Made by a program: the position numbers and the translations under genes
Assembly: GCA_965112735.1 (NCBI GenBank)
Contig: OZ218963.1
Coordinates: 930,001-994,000, forward strand
Direction: 5' to 3'
Source: Phaeosaccion multiseriatum
Taxonomy: Eukaryota; Protista; Ochrophyta, other classes
Length of the DNA: 64,000 bases
The notes under the pieces: model-generated
Database searches by the model: none
What the model was told of the DNA's origin: nothing
Seen by the model: the letters and a program-made list of their open reading frames with translations, nothing else
Shown here: positions 1 to 12,422 of the stretch, piece after piece
Position numbering within the stretch: the first letter of the stretch is position 1
Layout: each line of letters starts with the position of its first letter

Positions 1-1188
1 TGAGCTGCGTATACTTGAGCTCCAGCAGGGATCACCCTCTGCATTTGTGGGATGCCTTTACCGGGTCACTACGGGCCAGCTACAGGGCCTATGACCACAT
101 GGACGAGATTGCAACAGCCACTGCAGTGGCCTTCAACTGCACCGGGACCAAGATATACGCCGGTCAGTGCGTGCTGTAGAGGGGAGAGGGGATTTCGCAA
201 GGCGCTGAACAGATTTGTCACACATAACGTAACTCTTGTCATCCCAAACAGGCTACGACCGCATGATCCGTGTGTTCGATACCGACCAGCCCGGTCGAGC
301 CTTCGAATCTCGCCCCACGTGCAAGACGCGAAGGAGCAGAGACGGACAAAAGGGGCTCGTGTCGGCGTTGGCGTTCTCCCCCGACGGCTCCGGCCTCTTC
401 GCAGCGGGGTCGTACGCGGGCAGCATCTTTCTGTACGACGAGCGGAGGTGAGGGTGAGGGAGGGCAGAGCGGGGGGGCAGAGCGGGAAGAGTTGAGACTT
501 GCAATGCTCACATGGCATCATATCCCCTTCTTCCCCCCCCCCCCCCCATATCTGCTTGCAGCTCTGCAGCTCACATGGTATCATATCCCCTTCTTCCCCC
601 CCCCCCAGTCCAAGGAGGGCTGTGGCAGAGCTGCAAGCAGATATGGGGGGCACGACGCACTTGAAGTTCCACCCGTCGGGCGGTCACCTCTTTAGCGGAG
701 CGAGGAGGGATGGGGGCATTTTGTGCTGGGACGTGCGTCAGACGGCTGAAGCAGCGGACAGGTACTGCAGACCGGGGAATACCAATCAGAGAATCACCTT
801 CGACGTTGATCCCAGCGGAAGGCACCTGGCCACTGGGTCGAGTGAAGGACGCGCGGCCGTCTTTGATCTGCAGGCCCACTTCGAGCGCAGCAGCAACAAG
901 AGCGAGCAGCGCCATGACGGGAACGGCGTTGGTAGCGCAGAAGCCAGTCCACAGGCCGGGGTGTGGCTGCGTGGCTTTCCCGACGCCGTCAACGGGACCG
1001 CCTTCCACCCCCACCAGCCGCGCCTCGCCTTTAGCACGGGGCAGCGCCACTTCTCGCTGGAGGAGCAAGAACAACAACGTGATGATGTGTTGGACGCTGA
1101 CTTTGGCCAAGTAGATGTGTCCGCCGCGTTCCCCCACGGAATGAAGCAACAGAACGTCATTGCACTCTTCGACCTTGGCGTCTCCTGA
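1..1188 (+). CDS. WRAP53: Telomerase Cajal body protein 1 (WD40), 5' part outside window; exons ~<1-162, 252-447, 609-1188
   Basis: Spliced translation SSRDHPLHLWDAFTGSLRASYRAYDHMDE...YAG|YDRMIRVFDTDQPGR...GLVSALAFSPDG...GGTTHLKFHPSGGHLFSGARRDGGILCWDVR...NTNQRITFDVD...FHPHQPRLAFSTGQRHF matches TCAB1/WDR79 motifs; GT-AG introns keep frame. Confidence 0.92.
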
Positions 1189-1321
1189 AAACCGCTGTCT
1201 CTATTTCGACTTTTGAACAGTGTCCGAAAGTGACGACGACACTGACCCCCCCACGGCGCTACCCACACTTGCACACCTTCCTACGGGGTGGGAGGTCTGC
1301 TCAGCTTCCGAGGGTTTGTCA

Positions 1322-1398
1322 GACCGACCGACCGACCGACCGACCGACCGACCGACCGACCGACCGACCGACCGACCGACCGACCGACCGACACCGAC
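1322..1398. repeat. (GACC)n tetranucleotide microsatellite
   Basis: About 17 perfect GACC units visible directly. Confidence 0.95.
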
Positions 1399-2008
1399 GG
1401 ATTCTTGAGGGCTGCTGCTGTCCCTCGTCACACGGGCTGCTACGAGGGAGCGTGCCCAGCGACCGGAGCCTCCTTCCTTGATGCGGACGATCCTCGAGCG
1501 GTTGGGTGTACGGTCCAAGCTCCCAGTCTCTTTCTCCAATGGTATCAAACATGTACCTCTGACGTGAAGTCATGTACCGCCCCCGCTGGTGTGATGGGAT
1601 CCTCTACTGGGGTTGGAGAGAACAGGCAGCGACCACTTCAGCACCTCATGGAGGAGGCCCCAATCGATAGCCGAGGCGGCGCGGAGGCGGCGCAGAGGAG
1701 GAGCGCCGTTGGCCCGGGGGGGCAGCTGCGAGCGATGATAAGAATAAGAGGGACTCGCGGCGTGGGGCTGCTAAAAAGGAATGCATGCATGTCTCTTTTA
1801 TATTGCTTATATTAAGATGCTTCCTGTTTTAATCAATTAATTAAAATAAAAGACTGGAAAGAAAGTTCAAGTTGAAAAATGTGATGTGCGAACAAGCGGA
1901 ATGTGCGTAAATCAAAGGGGGGCTAATGGGGCAACCCTTTCGTAAATAAATAAATGACTCCAAAAGAAATTCTAAACCTCTCTCTCTTACGGTAAATAAT
2001 ATAAGCCA

Positions 2009-4630
2009 TCACCTCGTAGACTCCAGCTTGGCCTGTGCCTGCGCGGCGGCTCTGGAAGCGGCCTCCTGTGCCTTGGCGGCCTTGGCGATGTCTTCAGCTT
2101 GGGCCCTGAGGGACTTCTCCAAAGCGGCCTGCTCCTTGTCCAGCTGCAAGTACGTACCAAGAGTCAAGAGCAGGGAGGAGAACAAACGAAGGAAGGAAAG
2201 GCATCAACACACACACCCTTCTTGCCTTCTTGCCTTCTGCTGCTCCACCCCCGTGCCCACTCAGACGGGACACTAACCTGCGCTTGCAGCTGGGCGGCCT
2301 TCTTTTCTGCCTCCACTCGAGCCTTCTCGCTCATTTCCTTGCTCAGTTTCTCCCCCTGCAGCTGCTTCTGTTGGGCCTTGCGCTTGGCCAGAGCTTGTTC
2401 CTCGCTTTTCCGGGCCTCGAGCTGCTTGCTGGCGAGCAGCTTGTCGGCCTTCGCCTTTTCAGCTTTGGCCACCTGCCAAGCAAGCAAGCAAAAGCAAGAC
2501 ACACCCAAGAGACAAAGGGGAGAGAACGGTCAGAGAACGGTCAGAGAACGGTCAGTTGTTCTGTTTGTGCCTTCCACGCCCTCTTGGCTCCAAAGAAGGA
2601 AATCCTCACCGCCGCCTTCTCTGCCGCTGCCTTGTTGGCGGCCGCTCGCTCTGCCTCCTTCCTCTTCTTGCTGTCGTTCAAAGCCTTGGTCTTGGTCTCG
2701 TCGAGCCGTCTTCGCTCGCTGGACTTCCTCTCTGCCTCCAGTTTTGTCCTCTTGGCTACCTTCTCCTTGACTTCGATCTCCTTCTTGCCAATGTCCTTGG
2801 TCAAGCCTAAGGGACCAGGCAGACAGGAGGCCGGCAAGCAGTAAATAACCAACCCGAACAGGATACAGTACCACAATGGAGAAGCACTTCTGGCACCCAT
2901 ACCCGCCCCCCACCACCTCAAATCACCCACCCTTGAGCGTCTTGCTCTTGCTCTTGATTTGCTTCTCGGCCTCGGCTTGTGCCCTCTCCTGTTTCTTCAT
3001 CTCCTTGGTCGCGTTCTCCAAGTCTGCCCGGGCGTCATTCCTCTTCATCTTCTGCTCCACCACCTGGTCTCTGGACTTGTCCGTTCGGCTGCGGCTCGCT
3101 GCCTTGATGCCTCTCTCCGCCTCCTTCAATCTCTTCTCGGCTTTGGAAATCTGGCCTTTAGCGGTGTTCAACCGCGACACAGCGGTGTCTCGCTGCTTCT
3201 CCAGAGCCTTCAGACTGGAGAGTTTCAGGCAGCAGAATTATTTACTCGGTTAGTCCTTGGTCACAGCCGGCACAGTCCTCCTCCCTCCTCCACATCAACA
3301 CCTGCACTCACCTGTTCTTCACAAGGACCCTGTCCTTCTGCAGAGATTCCACCTCCACTGCCTCCCTCAGCTTCGCCGTGCCTGCTGCCATGTTACCATG
3401 AACGAACACAGAGGACGATGGGGTGAGATTGAAAAAAAAAAGCGATCCAGAGGAGAAGAGAGAAGAGAGGAGCACGGAGGGAGCAAAGCGTGTACGTACC
3501 TAGCGGGGAGCTCTTGGGTGCGCTGCTCACTGCCTTGTTGACGGCTGTGGCGGGGTTGCTCAGGCGGGCGTTATCGATTGACTGCATGAGTGCCGCTTTC
3601 TCCGCTCTCTTGGCCTGCGCGACGGGGGAGAGGGAGGGTATTGGGTTGGAGGGGGTGTGTGTCTGGTGTGGTGGCTGACCTTCGGTGCTGGGGGGGGGGG
3701 GAGGCGGGCGCGTGCGTGCGTGCGTGCGTGCTCACCTCTGCCTGAGCAGCGATCTTTGCAGCGTCGTCAGCAGCCTTCTTCTCCGCTGCCGCCTTTTGGA
3801 CCTTCGCAGCTTCCTTGGCCTTGCGAGCATTCTCATCGGCCTGGCGCTTCGCAGCCTGTACCACGGCAACGATAGCGGAGGGGAATGGGTATTGACTCAT
3901 CGATACCTTGCTTTACCAGCCTGGGCTACCAGCAGAGCCGGCCCTTCACGCACCTTCTTCGCATTCGCCTCGCTAGGAGCCCTGGGAGCAGGGGCCGGCC
4001 TGGGAGCAGGGGCCGGCCTGGGAGCAGGAGCAGGCCGGGGGGCGGGGGCTGGCTGAGCAGCGCGCGGGGCCGGGGCGGCCTTGGTTGGTGCCGCAGAAGG
4101 AGGTTTGTCAAAGTTGCTTGGCAGCATTGACTGAAATGAGCGAAGGAGGAGGAAGCATTAGTGACCACCGTTCCCACAACCCCCCCCCCAACAAAGTTAG
4201 TACCTTTAAATCATCGTCAGCGTGAGCAACGATGGAGACAGATGGCGTCATCCCCATTGAGGAGACGTCGAAAGTAGGATCTACAATGAGCATTGCGCCC
4301 ATGAGCCCCCCGATGAGGGTCCCCTGGAGCTGTCGCTGCCAGTGCTTGGGACCCAAGCTGCGGACGTCCTCTCCCCCGTCGTCTCCATTGGGGCTCGCGG
4401 GGGGTACTGCCATGCAGATAGTGGTCGCCGAAGGCATGCTCTCGCGGCTCTGCCCTAAGCATCCTCGTGGAGCTCCTGCGCAGAGGGAACGAGTGAGCAT
4501 CGCAAGGGGGGAGGGGAGGGAAGTATGGGCTGCGCAACTCACCTCGTCGGTGTGCCAAGGTGGGTCCAGTGAACGCCATGCTCATCCCCAAGAGGAGGAG
4601 AAGGCATAAGAGCGCCAGAAGCGCCGCCAT
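2009..4630 (-). CDS. Multi-exon plastid (probably thylakoid-lumen) protein with Pro/Ala linker and long Lys/Ala/Glu coiled coil
   Basis: Signal peptide MAALLALLCLLLLLGMSMA|F (ASAF-like), intron ~4476-4542, transit-like region, hydrophobic stretch ending A-H-A, then (PAPAPR)n and AKAEKAKADK-type exons; stop TGA at 2011-2009. Confidence 0.72.
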
Positions 4631-4777
4631 TTTCTCTATTTATATATCTATGGTGGTGTGTGCGGATTCGGGAAGGGGTGCGGTGTGATGATGATTCATC
4701 ACCAACATGTGAATTTCAGCTCGCCCCCCCCTGTTATCGCTTTAATGCTTTTTTATCGCGCCAATGAGGAGGGCACG

Positions 4778-7700
4778 ATGAGTGTGGGGATGAGGGGCAG
4801 CAGGAGTGTGGATGCCATCTGCACCAAGCTTCCGGGGGAGGACGTGGAGCTAGGGGGTGGACGGTACCTCAATCACGGGGCCATAAGGGAGATCCGCAAG
4901 GAGTGGGTTAGTCAAAGTCTCCGGGCCCAGGAGAGTCGCTTCGCGACCTTCCGGAAGACCTGCGTTGTCTGTGGCACCTTTAACGTCAATGGGAAGAAGG
5001 TCAGCACAGGGAACGGTGTATCTGCCACTTGTTGCCTCTTGTTGTAAACTTTTTGGTGTCTTTTCCTCCCTGGGGGGGGTTAGGTGGACGAGGATGCCGA
5101 CTTGTCCGAGTGGCTCGGGCAGGAGGTGGACTCGGAGCACCCGGACATGTTCGTACTAGGCTTCCAGGAAATTGTCGACCTCACGGCCATGAACATTGCC
5201 GCTGGGGATGGCAAGAAGACCAAGGAGAGGGCGTACATGTGGAGGCAGCGCGTGGAGGCGTTCTTGAGGAGCACGCGCTGCCCATACGTTTGTGTCGTGG
5301 AGCGGGCGCTGGTGGGGGTCCTGCTGCTCGTGTTTGTAAGGCAATGCCATGGCCCGCACCTGGTGGATGTGCAAAACACCACAACGAGCACGGGCTTCGC
5401 AGGGGTTTTGGGGAACAAGGGGGGCGTCTGCGCAAGGCTGCAGCTGTACGATACAACTTTTTGCTTCGTATGCTCGCATTTGGCAGCGCACCGGGGGAAT
5501 GTGGAGGGGCGAAACTCGGACTACCGCTCCATCATGGCCAAGACGGTAAGGCAAAAGGTCAAAGCAGCGGTGAAAGATGATGGACCACCAGACAGGAAGC
5601 GTGGAGAGGGGACAAAAGGACAGGCATCATCGGCGTCCTTTTATCTTTCTTTTTTTTAACTTTTGTTGTTGTGCACGGACACCAACAGGCTTTCGATGGG
5701 GACCCGGAGACAGCTTGGGAGCTGCGGGGCTTGAGCAAGAGCGGCGAGTTCAGCAGCGTCAGGGCACCAAACGCCATCGGCATTGCTCACCACGACGTGG
5801 TGTTTTGGGTGGGGGATTTGAACTACCGTATCGCCGAGAATGTCACGATGGAGGAAGTCTTTGCTCGTCTGGAACAGTCCAGGGGCTTGGCGATACTGCG
5901 GGAACATGACCAGCTCAATCTAGAGAGAAAACGGGGGCGCTGGGGCCCGGATGGGCTAGAGGCAGGGGCCTTCCAGGACTTTGAAGAGGGCGAGCTCAAC
6001 TTCAGACCAACGTACAAGTATGAGCCGGGCACGGACCGTTACGAGCAGAGACCGGACAAGAAGCAGAGGGCGCCCGCCTGGTGCGATCGAGTGCTGTGGA
6101 GGTCCAGGTGTGTTGTGGTGTGAAGAGGCACACGAGTTTTCCTTTGTGTGTGTGTGTGTCTTGTTCTTCCCTTGCCGCTCATCCCTTCCCCTGTGACTGT
6201 CACGGGAACACTCTTGCTGACTGGTCCTCCTCAGAGATGAGGAGCATGTGCACATCATGTCGTACCGCCGTGCCGAGAGGCCCAACTTATCAGACCACAA
6301 GGCTGTGGTGGCCCGGATGGCAGTCAAAGTCCGGGTGCTGACTTGGCCCGCGAGGCGCGAGGTCTTCGACGGGGTAAGTGTGTGCGTCGTAAAGGGAGGG
6401 GGGTGGGGGGGAGGGCGGACCCCGGGGGGCTCCTTCGCGAAAGAGGGACGGCTGCTGCTGTTGCTGCTGCTCATCATGGACTCTGCTCTTTCCCCCCCTC
6501 CCGTGCTCTCTCTCTCCTCAGCTCATGGACAGACTGTCCCGCTTTCAGAGGGACGGGGGCGAAAGTCCAGCCGTGGCCTGGGATCGGACAGAAATAGACT
6601 TTGGTAAGGGCCCCCAAGGACCCCTTTCTTTCCGCTTTCCTCCCCCTCCCTTGGTCTGTCTGATGAATCATCTCGGTCTGTCATCGTACTCTTCTTCCCC
6701 AACACGTGCACCGCATCACCTCCCCCCTCCCTCCTAGGCGAGGTGGGTTTTGGGCCGAACATGACTGCTTCAGGCTGTCTGCGCGCCCGCAACGAGGGCA
6801 GGACGATTGCGTACGTGCGTTTTGCGCCCAAAGCAGCGGATGTGTGGCCGTGGCGGAGGTGGTGGAAGGTGGAGCCGCCTTTCGCCCTCCTGGCCCCGGG
6901 GCAGACGCAGGACTTTGTTGTAACTGCCACGGTGGACCGCTCCACCGCCCGGCAGCTGGACAAGAAGCGCGAGGTCCTGGAGGACGTGTTGGTGATACGT
7001 GTGGAGGGCAATGCGGATGCTTTCGTGGGTATCCGAGCCCGCATGGCGCACACCAACTTTGGCGTGGCTTTGGAGGAACTGGCTCAGCGGGAAGCCAAGG
7101 CGCTGGCAGCGAGTCAACAGTTGCAGGAGGCGGACCCCCAGTGGGGCGTACCGTTTGCCCTGTGGCGTGTCGTGGACGGAGCGATCAAGGCGGGGCTTCT
7201 CAGTGACCCGGGCATTGCCAGGGACGCCTTTTCCTTTTCAGGTTAGCGCGCTCACTCGCTTTGCCTGTTGTGAGTATGTATGTGCGTCATTTGTATGTGC
7301 GTCATTTCTCCTCCTGGTGCAAGGGTACAGCCGTCTTCCGCGTTGCGGCTCCTCACATGAACACCACCCACCCCCCTGCTTCGCTCTGCAGGCTCCCCTT
7401 CGGAGGTGGATAGCATCTGCGCCTGCGTGGACAAGGGCTCGGCCTTCCCCTCCGGGCTCGGTGCGCACTCCTTCTTGGACGCCTTTGCTTCCTTTCTCTC
7501 TGCTCTGCCCGAAGCCGTGGTACCGGTGCAGGTGTTGCTGCGCGTCAATAAGGTTTTGAGCCAACGAAGCGCCAACAGCAGCAGCACGCCGTGGACTGTC
7601 ATCTTTCTTGACGCCCTGGCCCCTGCGCATCACAACACGTTCTTGTACATTGTCTGCTTCCTTCGGACTCTGCTCAAGACAGGCGGGCCGGCGGGTCTCA

Positions 7701-7843
7701 CATCCAAGGGCTTGTCGGGGCCTCTTGTCAAGCTGCTGTGCTTTGACGGGGAGGCGGAGGCGGAGGCAGGGGAGGGTGAGAGGTTGGGAGAAGCCCGAGG
7801 GATCTTCGCAGGCGTTCTGGAACACTTCTTGACCGCGTCTTGA
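4778..7843 (+). CDS. OCRL/INPP5B-like inositol polyphosphate 5-phosphatase with ASH and RhoGAP-like C-terminus
   Basis: Exons encode GTFNVNG, FVLGFQEIVDL, GNKGGV, FCFVCSHLAAH, VFWVGDLNYRI, FRPTYKY, PAWCDRVLW, SDHK, then ASH-like (LEDVLVIRVEGNADAFV) and RhoGAP-like (HHNTFLYIVCFLR) segments. Confidence 0.9.
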
Positions 7844-8040
7844 TTCGGGGGTTTTTGTAGCACCCCCTCTTGATGAAGGAACCCCCCCCCCCCCCGGACT
7901 TGTACTGTACATGAACTTATGTTAGAAAAAGGAAGCCCGGGGGAGGCCCGCGGCTTTCAGATATGGGAAGCGCCCTCTGAATGGCTAAATAGACAAAAGG
8001 GATTTATATGTATAAATATATATAAATGGTAACGTATCTA

Positions 8041-9485
8041 TCATGAGTCCATATCCTCCTCTGCGAAAGGGTCAGTGCTTCGTGCAGGAGCCACCAGGAC
8101 ACCGTCGCTCGGCACTCCTGCTGCAGGGATGAAGGTGGGGAAAGGGGGGTCGGAGGGGAACTCGGGTTTGGTTCCATCGTGCACCCACACGAAAGAGCCC
8201 TTGTTTCCGGCAACATGCCCCTTGACAAAGAGCAAGTCTCTCTGAGTGTCGATCTTCATGATCTGAGTGAGTTGAGTCGTTGAGTATGGCGATGCATCGG
8301 ACAGACACAAGGGAGGGAGGCGAGTCAGCACGGCCAAGGGGGGGGGGGTGGAAGGAACGGGGAGACGCAGAGATGGTAAAGCAAGCAAGGAACTAACCCG
8401 CACCTTCAGATTGTAGTTCCAACTCTTGTCACCCCCCATACGCCCGGGCATTTTCTTGCCTTTGAACACCTTGCCTGGGTCCTGATGAATGGAAACACAG
8501 CGACCTTCCCGCGTTAGAGGAGGGGGAGGAGTGGTGGTTTGGTAGCTATCATCCCAGTACACACCTGGCACTGCCCCGTAGACCCTATATGTCTGTGCGT
8601 CTTGCTGTTTCCGTGCGAAGCTCGCTGTCCCTTGAAGCCGTGCCTCTTCATTCCGCCCTGAAAGCCCTTCCCTTTCGTGATACCCTTTTGGTTCATGGAG
8701 AGAGTCCGTCAGCGTGAATGGGAGCTAGAACATGCACCCTTCTTCTCGGCGCAGCCAGTGAGCCTTGTCCACTCACCTGCACATTCACCCTTTGCCCCGC
8801 GAGGAAATGCTGTGCGCGTATTCTGGTTCCCACAGGTAGCAAACCTTCCGGGCTGACGCGGAACTCGCTCAAGATGTTCTTGCAGGGCACACCCGCCCGC
8901 TCATAGAGGCTCACCTGACAAGCGACGCAGCACGGGGGTTGGGAGGTTAGGGCATTTGCTGGAACTGCGCAAGTAAGTCACCCCTGAAGGCATACCTTCG
9001 CATAGGGCATATTCTTTGACTTCGCCAGACCTGCCCCCAGCTGCAAACTGGTGTAGCCGTGCTTGTCCATTGTCTTTTCCCCCACTACATGACATTCCTC
9101 CACCTGCAGAACCGTCACTGCGTGTCGCTCTCCCCAGGAGTCGAAGTAGGGCAGCATGCCAATCTAGTTGGTGAAGGGGACGCGGGGGAGGGGTTGGGGG
9201 CGTTCATTGATCATGAATGTGTCTAGGCGGGTTTGGGCGGGGGGAAACGTGGGATACCTTCAAGGCCAAGGCTCCTGTACGCTTATAGCTCTTGTCCCAT
9301 GGCACGGGAGCCAGTCCTTCTGCGCGTGAGACCTCCTTGTCCTGGTGCTGCTGCTGGGATACTGCGGCAGTGGACATTTCCCTCAGCCCCACACAGCTCT
9401 CTCTACTCCTGCAGACGGCAGAGCTCTCGAGACAAGCCATCGGCAGCCGGCGCCTGCAACCTGCGGCTGCTGCTGCCACCCACAT
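8041..9485 (-). CDS. MRPL3: Mitochondrial ribosomal protein uL3m
   Basis: Arg/Ala-rich presequence; exons give RTGALALK|[31 protein letters not shown]|[37 protein letters not shown]|[26 protein letters not shown]. Confidence 0.93.
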
Positions 9486-9614
9486 GGCCTCCCTCTGCGT
9501 GTGCCGTCGGGGGACGGGGGAGGATTTGTAACCTTAAAGTGCCATCTAGCGATGGTTTGCCTAAAAGTAAAGCCATTCGATGGAATCGAATGGAAGTGGA
9601 GACAGGCTGCCATC

Positions 9615-9736
9615 CGGCGTGCTATCTGCTACCGCCGGCGCCAGCCGCGTGCTATCTACTATCGGACCCTCAGGCTCCGATAGCACATAGCATGCTATCG
9701 AGAATGTGGTCGATAGCACGTCAGGGTCGACCATTC
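9615..9736. repeat. Dispersed GCTATC/GATAGC-rich intergenic element, copy 1 (internal CTATCGGA..TCCGATAG hairpin)
   Basis: Shares GGCGTGCTATC..GCTA..CAGCCG..GCTATC..GCTATCGAGAATGTGG.CGA.AGC.CGTCAGGG.TCGA with 52905-52993. Confidence 0.7.
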
Positions 9737-9876
9737 GGGGGATGGAGCGCAATGACGCAAACAGCTCGTGCATAAGCCCTCATGTGACATACATCGCTTC
9801 GAAGATACATCGCTGAGCTAAACAAAAAAGTCTTTTTGCGGGTACATGTAGGGGTGTCCGAGTCGGGGCAAAGAAA

Positions 9877-11032
9877 TCATTTTTTTGGTTGAGCTCCGCT
9901 GGTCATCTCCTCCACCTCTCCCTGCACTCTACTAATCAAGTTCTGCACATCCACCACCCCTTCCGAGTCCACTTCTCTCTCAGGGGAAGACTTCCGCCTC
10001 CTCATGTCCTGAGGAGTGGCGTTCATGTCAAGCTCTCCGCTTGCCACTCCTTTCAGCACCTTTGCACCCAGTAAGAAGATGCCCAGAGCCGTCACGCCGA
10101 ACATGCCTGCGCCGAGCGACCCGAATCCGACCAGCACCTGACACACACACACACACACAAATGATGGATACAGAAAGGCGGGAAGCAAAGGCGGGAGGTT
10201 ATACACGCCTATACACGTCGGCTCTCTTGCACACGGCCAGAAGCGTTGCAGCTTGTTCAGCCCCACGCACCTGCTTGAAGATACCGGAGAGTCTGTTCAC
10301 GATGTACACGTCACTATGCGACAGCGCCTCTTGCGCCATGTAACGCTCTGTGAGGAACGCGGTAGCCTTCCACGCAGCTACGGACATGGCTGCCGCTAAG
10401 CCCGCCCCCACAAAGGCCCAGTACGGATTGATGCCGTTGTAGTCCACCTGTGTGCGTCGCGGGGGGGAAGAAGGGTGCCTTAATAGCAAAACCTCAGGAC
10501 GAATACGACAAATCGAACAAACACGTACCTCTTCTTTCTCGATATTCGCAAGGCTGGGCCGAAACTGACTGGTGCCCTGCTCGATTTCTGCATTGACTTC
10601 TGCCATGAGCCTCTCGTTGATGGTCTGCAGCCGCGCTGAGCGTTGCGGCGCGGACGCCGACACCCTCTTAGCGCTTGCCTCCTCCCCCCCATGCGGCGCG
10701 GACGCCGACACCCTCTTAGCGCTTGCCTCCTCCCCCCCATTTGGCAGCGGTAATGTGTCTAGCTGCTGTTGCAGAAGGGCCTCAACTGCTGCCGCATCTA
10801 CTGTGCCTCCCTCTGCCTTCAACCGCGTCCAAGCCCTTCTCCGTCTCCGAGCTGCTGAGCAGCCCCCAGTAGCCCAGTCGCGTGGGCTCGCGCTGTGAGA
10901 AGACCCCAGCTGATGCTGAGGGCGCCCTGCAAACGACCCCAAATGAGGCTGGAAAGACTCCAAGCTGAACAACGTAAAGCCACAGAAGCAGAGCACGAGT
11001 AGAGCACTTCCCATGGGCGAGGTGCAGGCCAT
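9877..11032 (-). CDS. DUF3082-like membrane protein with N-terminal signal and transit-like peptide (plastid-targeted)
   Basis: Signal-like N-terminus; C-terminal INPYWAFVGAGLAAAMSVAAWKAT...RLSGIFKQ|VLVGFGSLGAGMFGVTALGIFLLG fits the two-helix DUF3082 pattern; contains a 48-bp internal tandem duplication (GGEEASAKRVSASAP x2). Confidence 0.68.
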
Positions 11033-11257
11033 GATTTACCACTCTTTTCACCCCTCTCCCTTTGGAGAAAGACTCTCAGACTATTCAAGGAGTACAAGAA
11101 ACAACAAAGGGAGAGAGACACAGCCCTCTTAGGGCACAAACGTAAGAGAAAGAAAAGGGGGGAAGGTCGGAGAGGATGAGGAGATTCAGTTTCAGTTTCA
11201 GTTCCGATTAATTCATACTTTTTCACACTCAGCCAGACGCCCTCCCAAACCAAAATC

Positions 11258-12384
11258 ATGGGGGAGGAAGGAGGGGTAGCCGTAGGAGCGGCATTAGGAG
11301 CCGATGCGGGTCCTGATGGGGCTACTTCTCATGGTGGGCTAATGATGCAACTGGTGGGATATGCAATTCCTTCACTTGGGGAACGCGAGCTGGATGTCCT
11401 CAGCGTCACTTGCTTTGTGGCGGGCACGCTGCTCACCCTCTTCGCCTACAAGTGAGTGCCCCGGCTCACGTCACCGCACCGATCAGTCTCCTTCTATAGC
11501 TCGTCCTCTTGCTGTGTGGCTTGTGTTGACACGTTCCCACCCTCCCAAGTTTTATGACCCATCTCCTCCCTCGTACCCCTTCTGCCACTACCACCCCTCT
11601 GCTCTACAGGATACCGCGGACACTCCTCGTCGTGATTGGTGGCTTACTCTTCGGGACTTTCTGCTGGAATGAAGTGGTGCCGCACTTCGGTGAGGCAGAT
11701 GTGTTCAGGGCTCCATAACAAACTGCCCCCCCCCCCCCCCTCTCTTCAAGGAAGAACCGTCTCCTTGGTTTTTTCTTCTCACACCCTTCGAAAGTCTCTT
11801 GGTCGAACCTTACCTTACACCCTCGAATCTCGCCGCCGTCTCTTTCTCTTCCACAACCCAAACCCAGAGAATGATTTTTGGCTGTGCTTTTACGCGGGGT
11901 GCGTCCTGTCCGTCATCGGCGCCGTGGTGGGCGGGGTGGTGGCCCTGCTCGTTGACTGGATCAGCGCAGCGGCGTGCCTCGGTGTCATGGTTGGTAAGTA
12001 GGCGACGAGAGAGAGCCTTCCTTCATGCACCCAGCGAGTGTCCTACCTTGACGGCTGCCCTTGTCATCCCCTCGCAACGCATGCATGCATGATTCATCGC
12101 AGCTTTGATGGCAGTCATCGCGGACGGCGGCACCCTCGTCACATCCCCTGTTCTGGTGAACGTGGTGTTTGGGGCCGCTGTGCTGGGGTCTCTCTTAGTG
12201 TCTTCCAAGTGCAAGGAAGGCGCCATGGTGGTAATGACGAGTATGGTCGGCGCGCTGCTGGTTACGTACGGCGCTGACTGCCTGCTGGACGGCGGGCTGC
12301 TGCTCAACACGGGAGTTATCCTGCAGGTGCGCCTCATGTCTATGTGAAGGTAGTATAGTATGCATCTTACCGCGCCCTTCTGTG

Positions 12385-12422
<38 letters not shown>

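Noticed and set aside
1220-1815. ORFs around the GACC repeat, including a WW-like LPTGWEV fragment
   Set aside because: Too short, interrupted by the microsatellite, no second Trp and no splice support.
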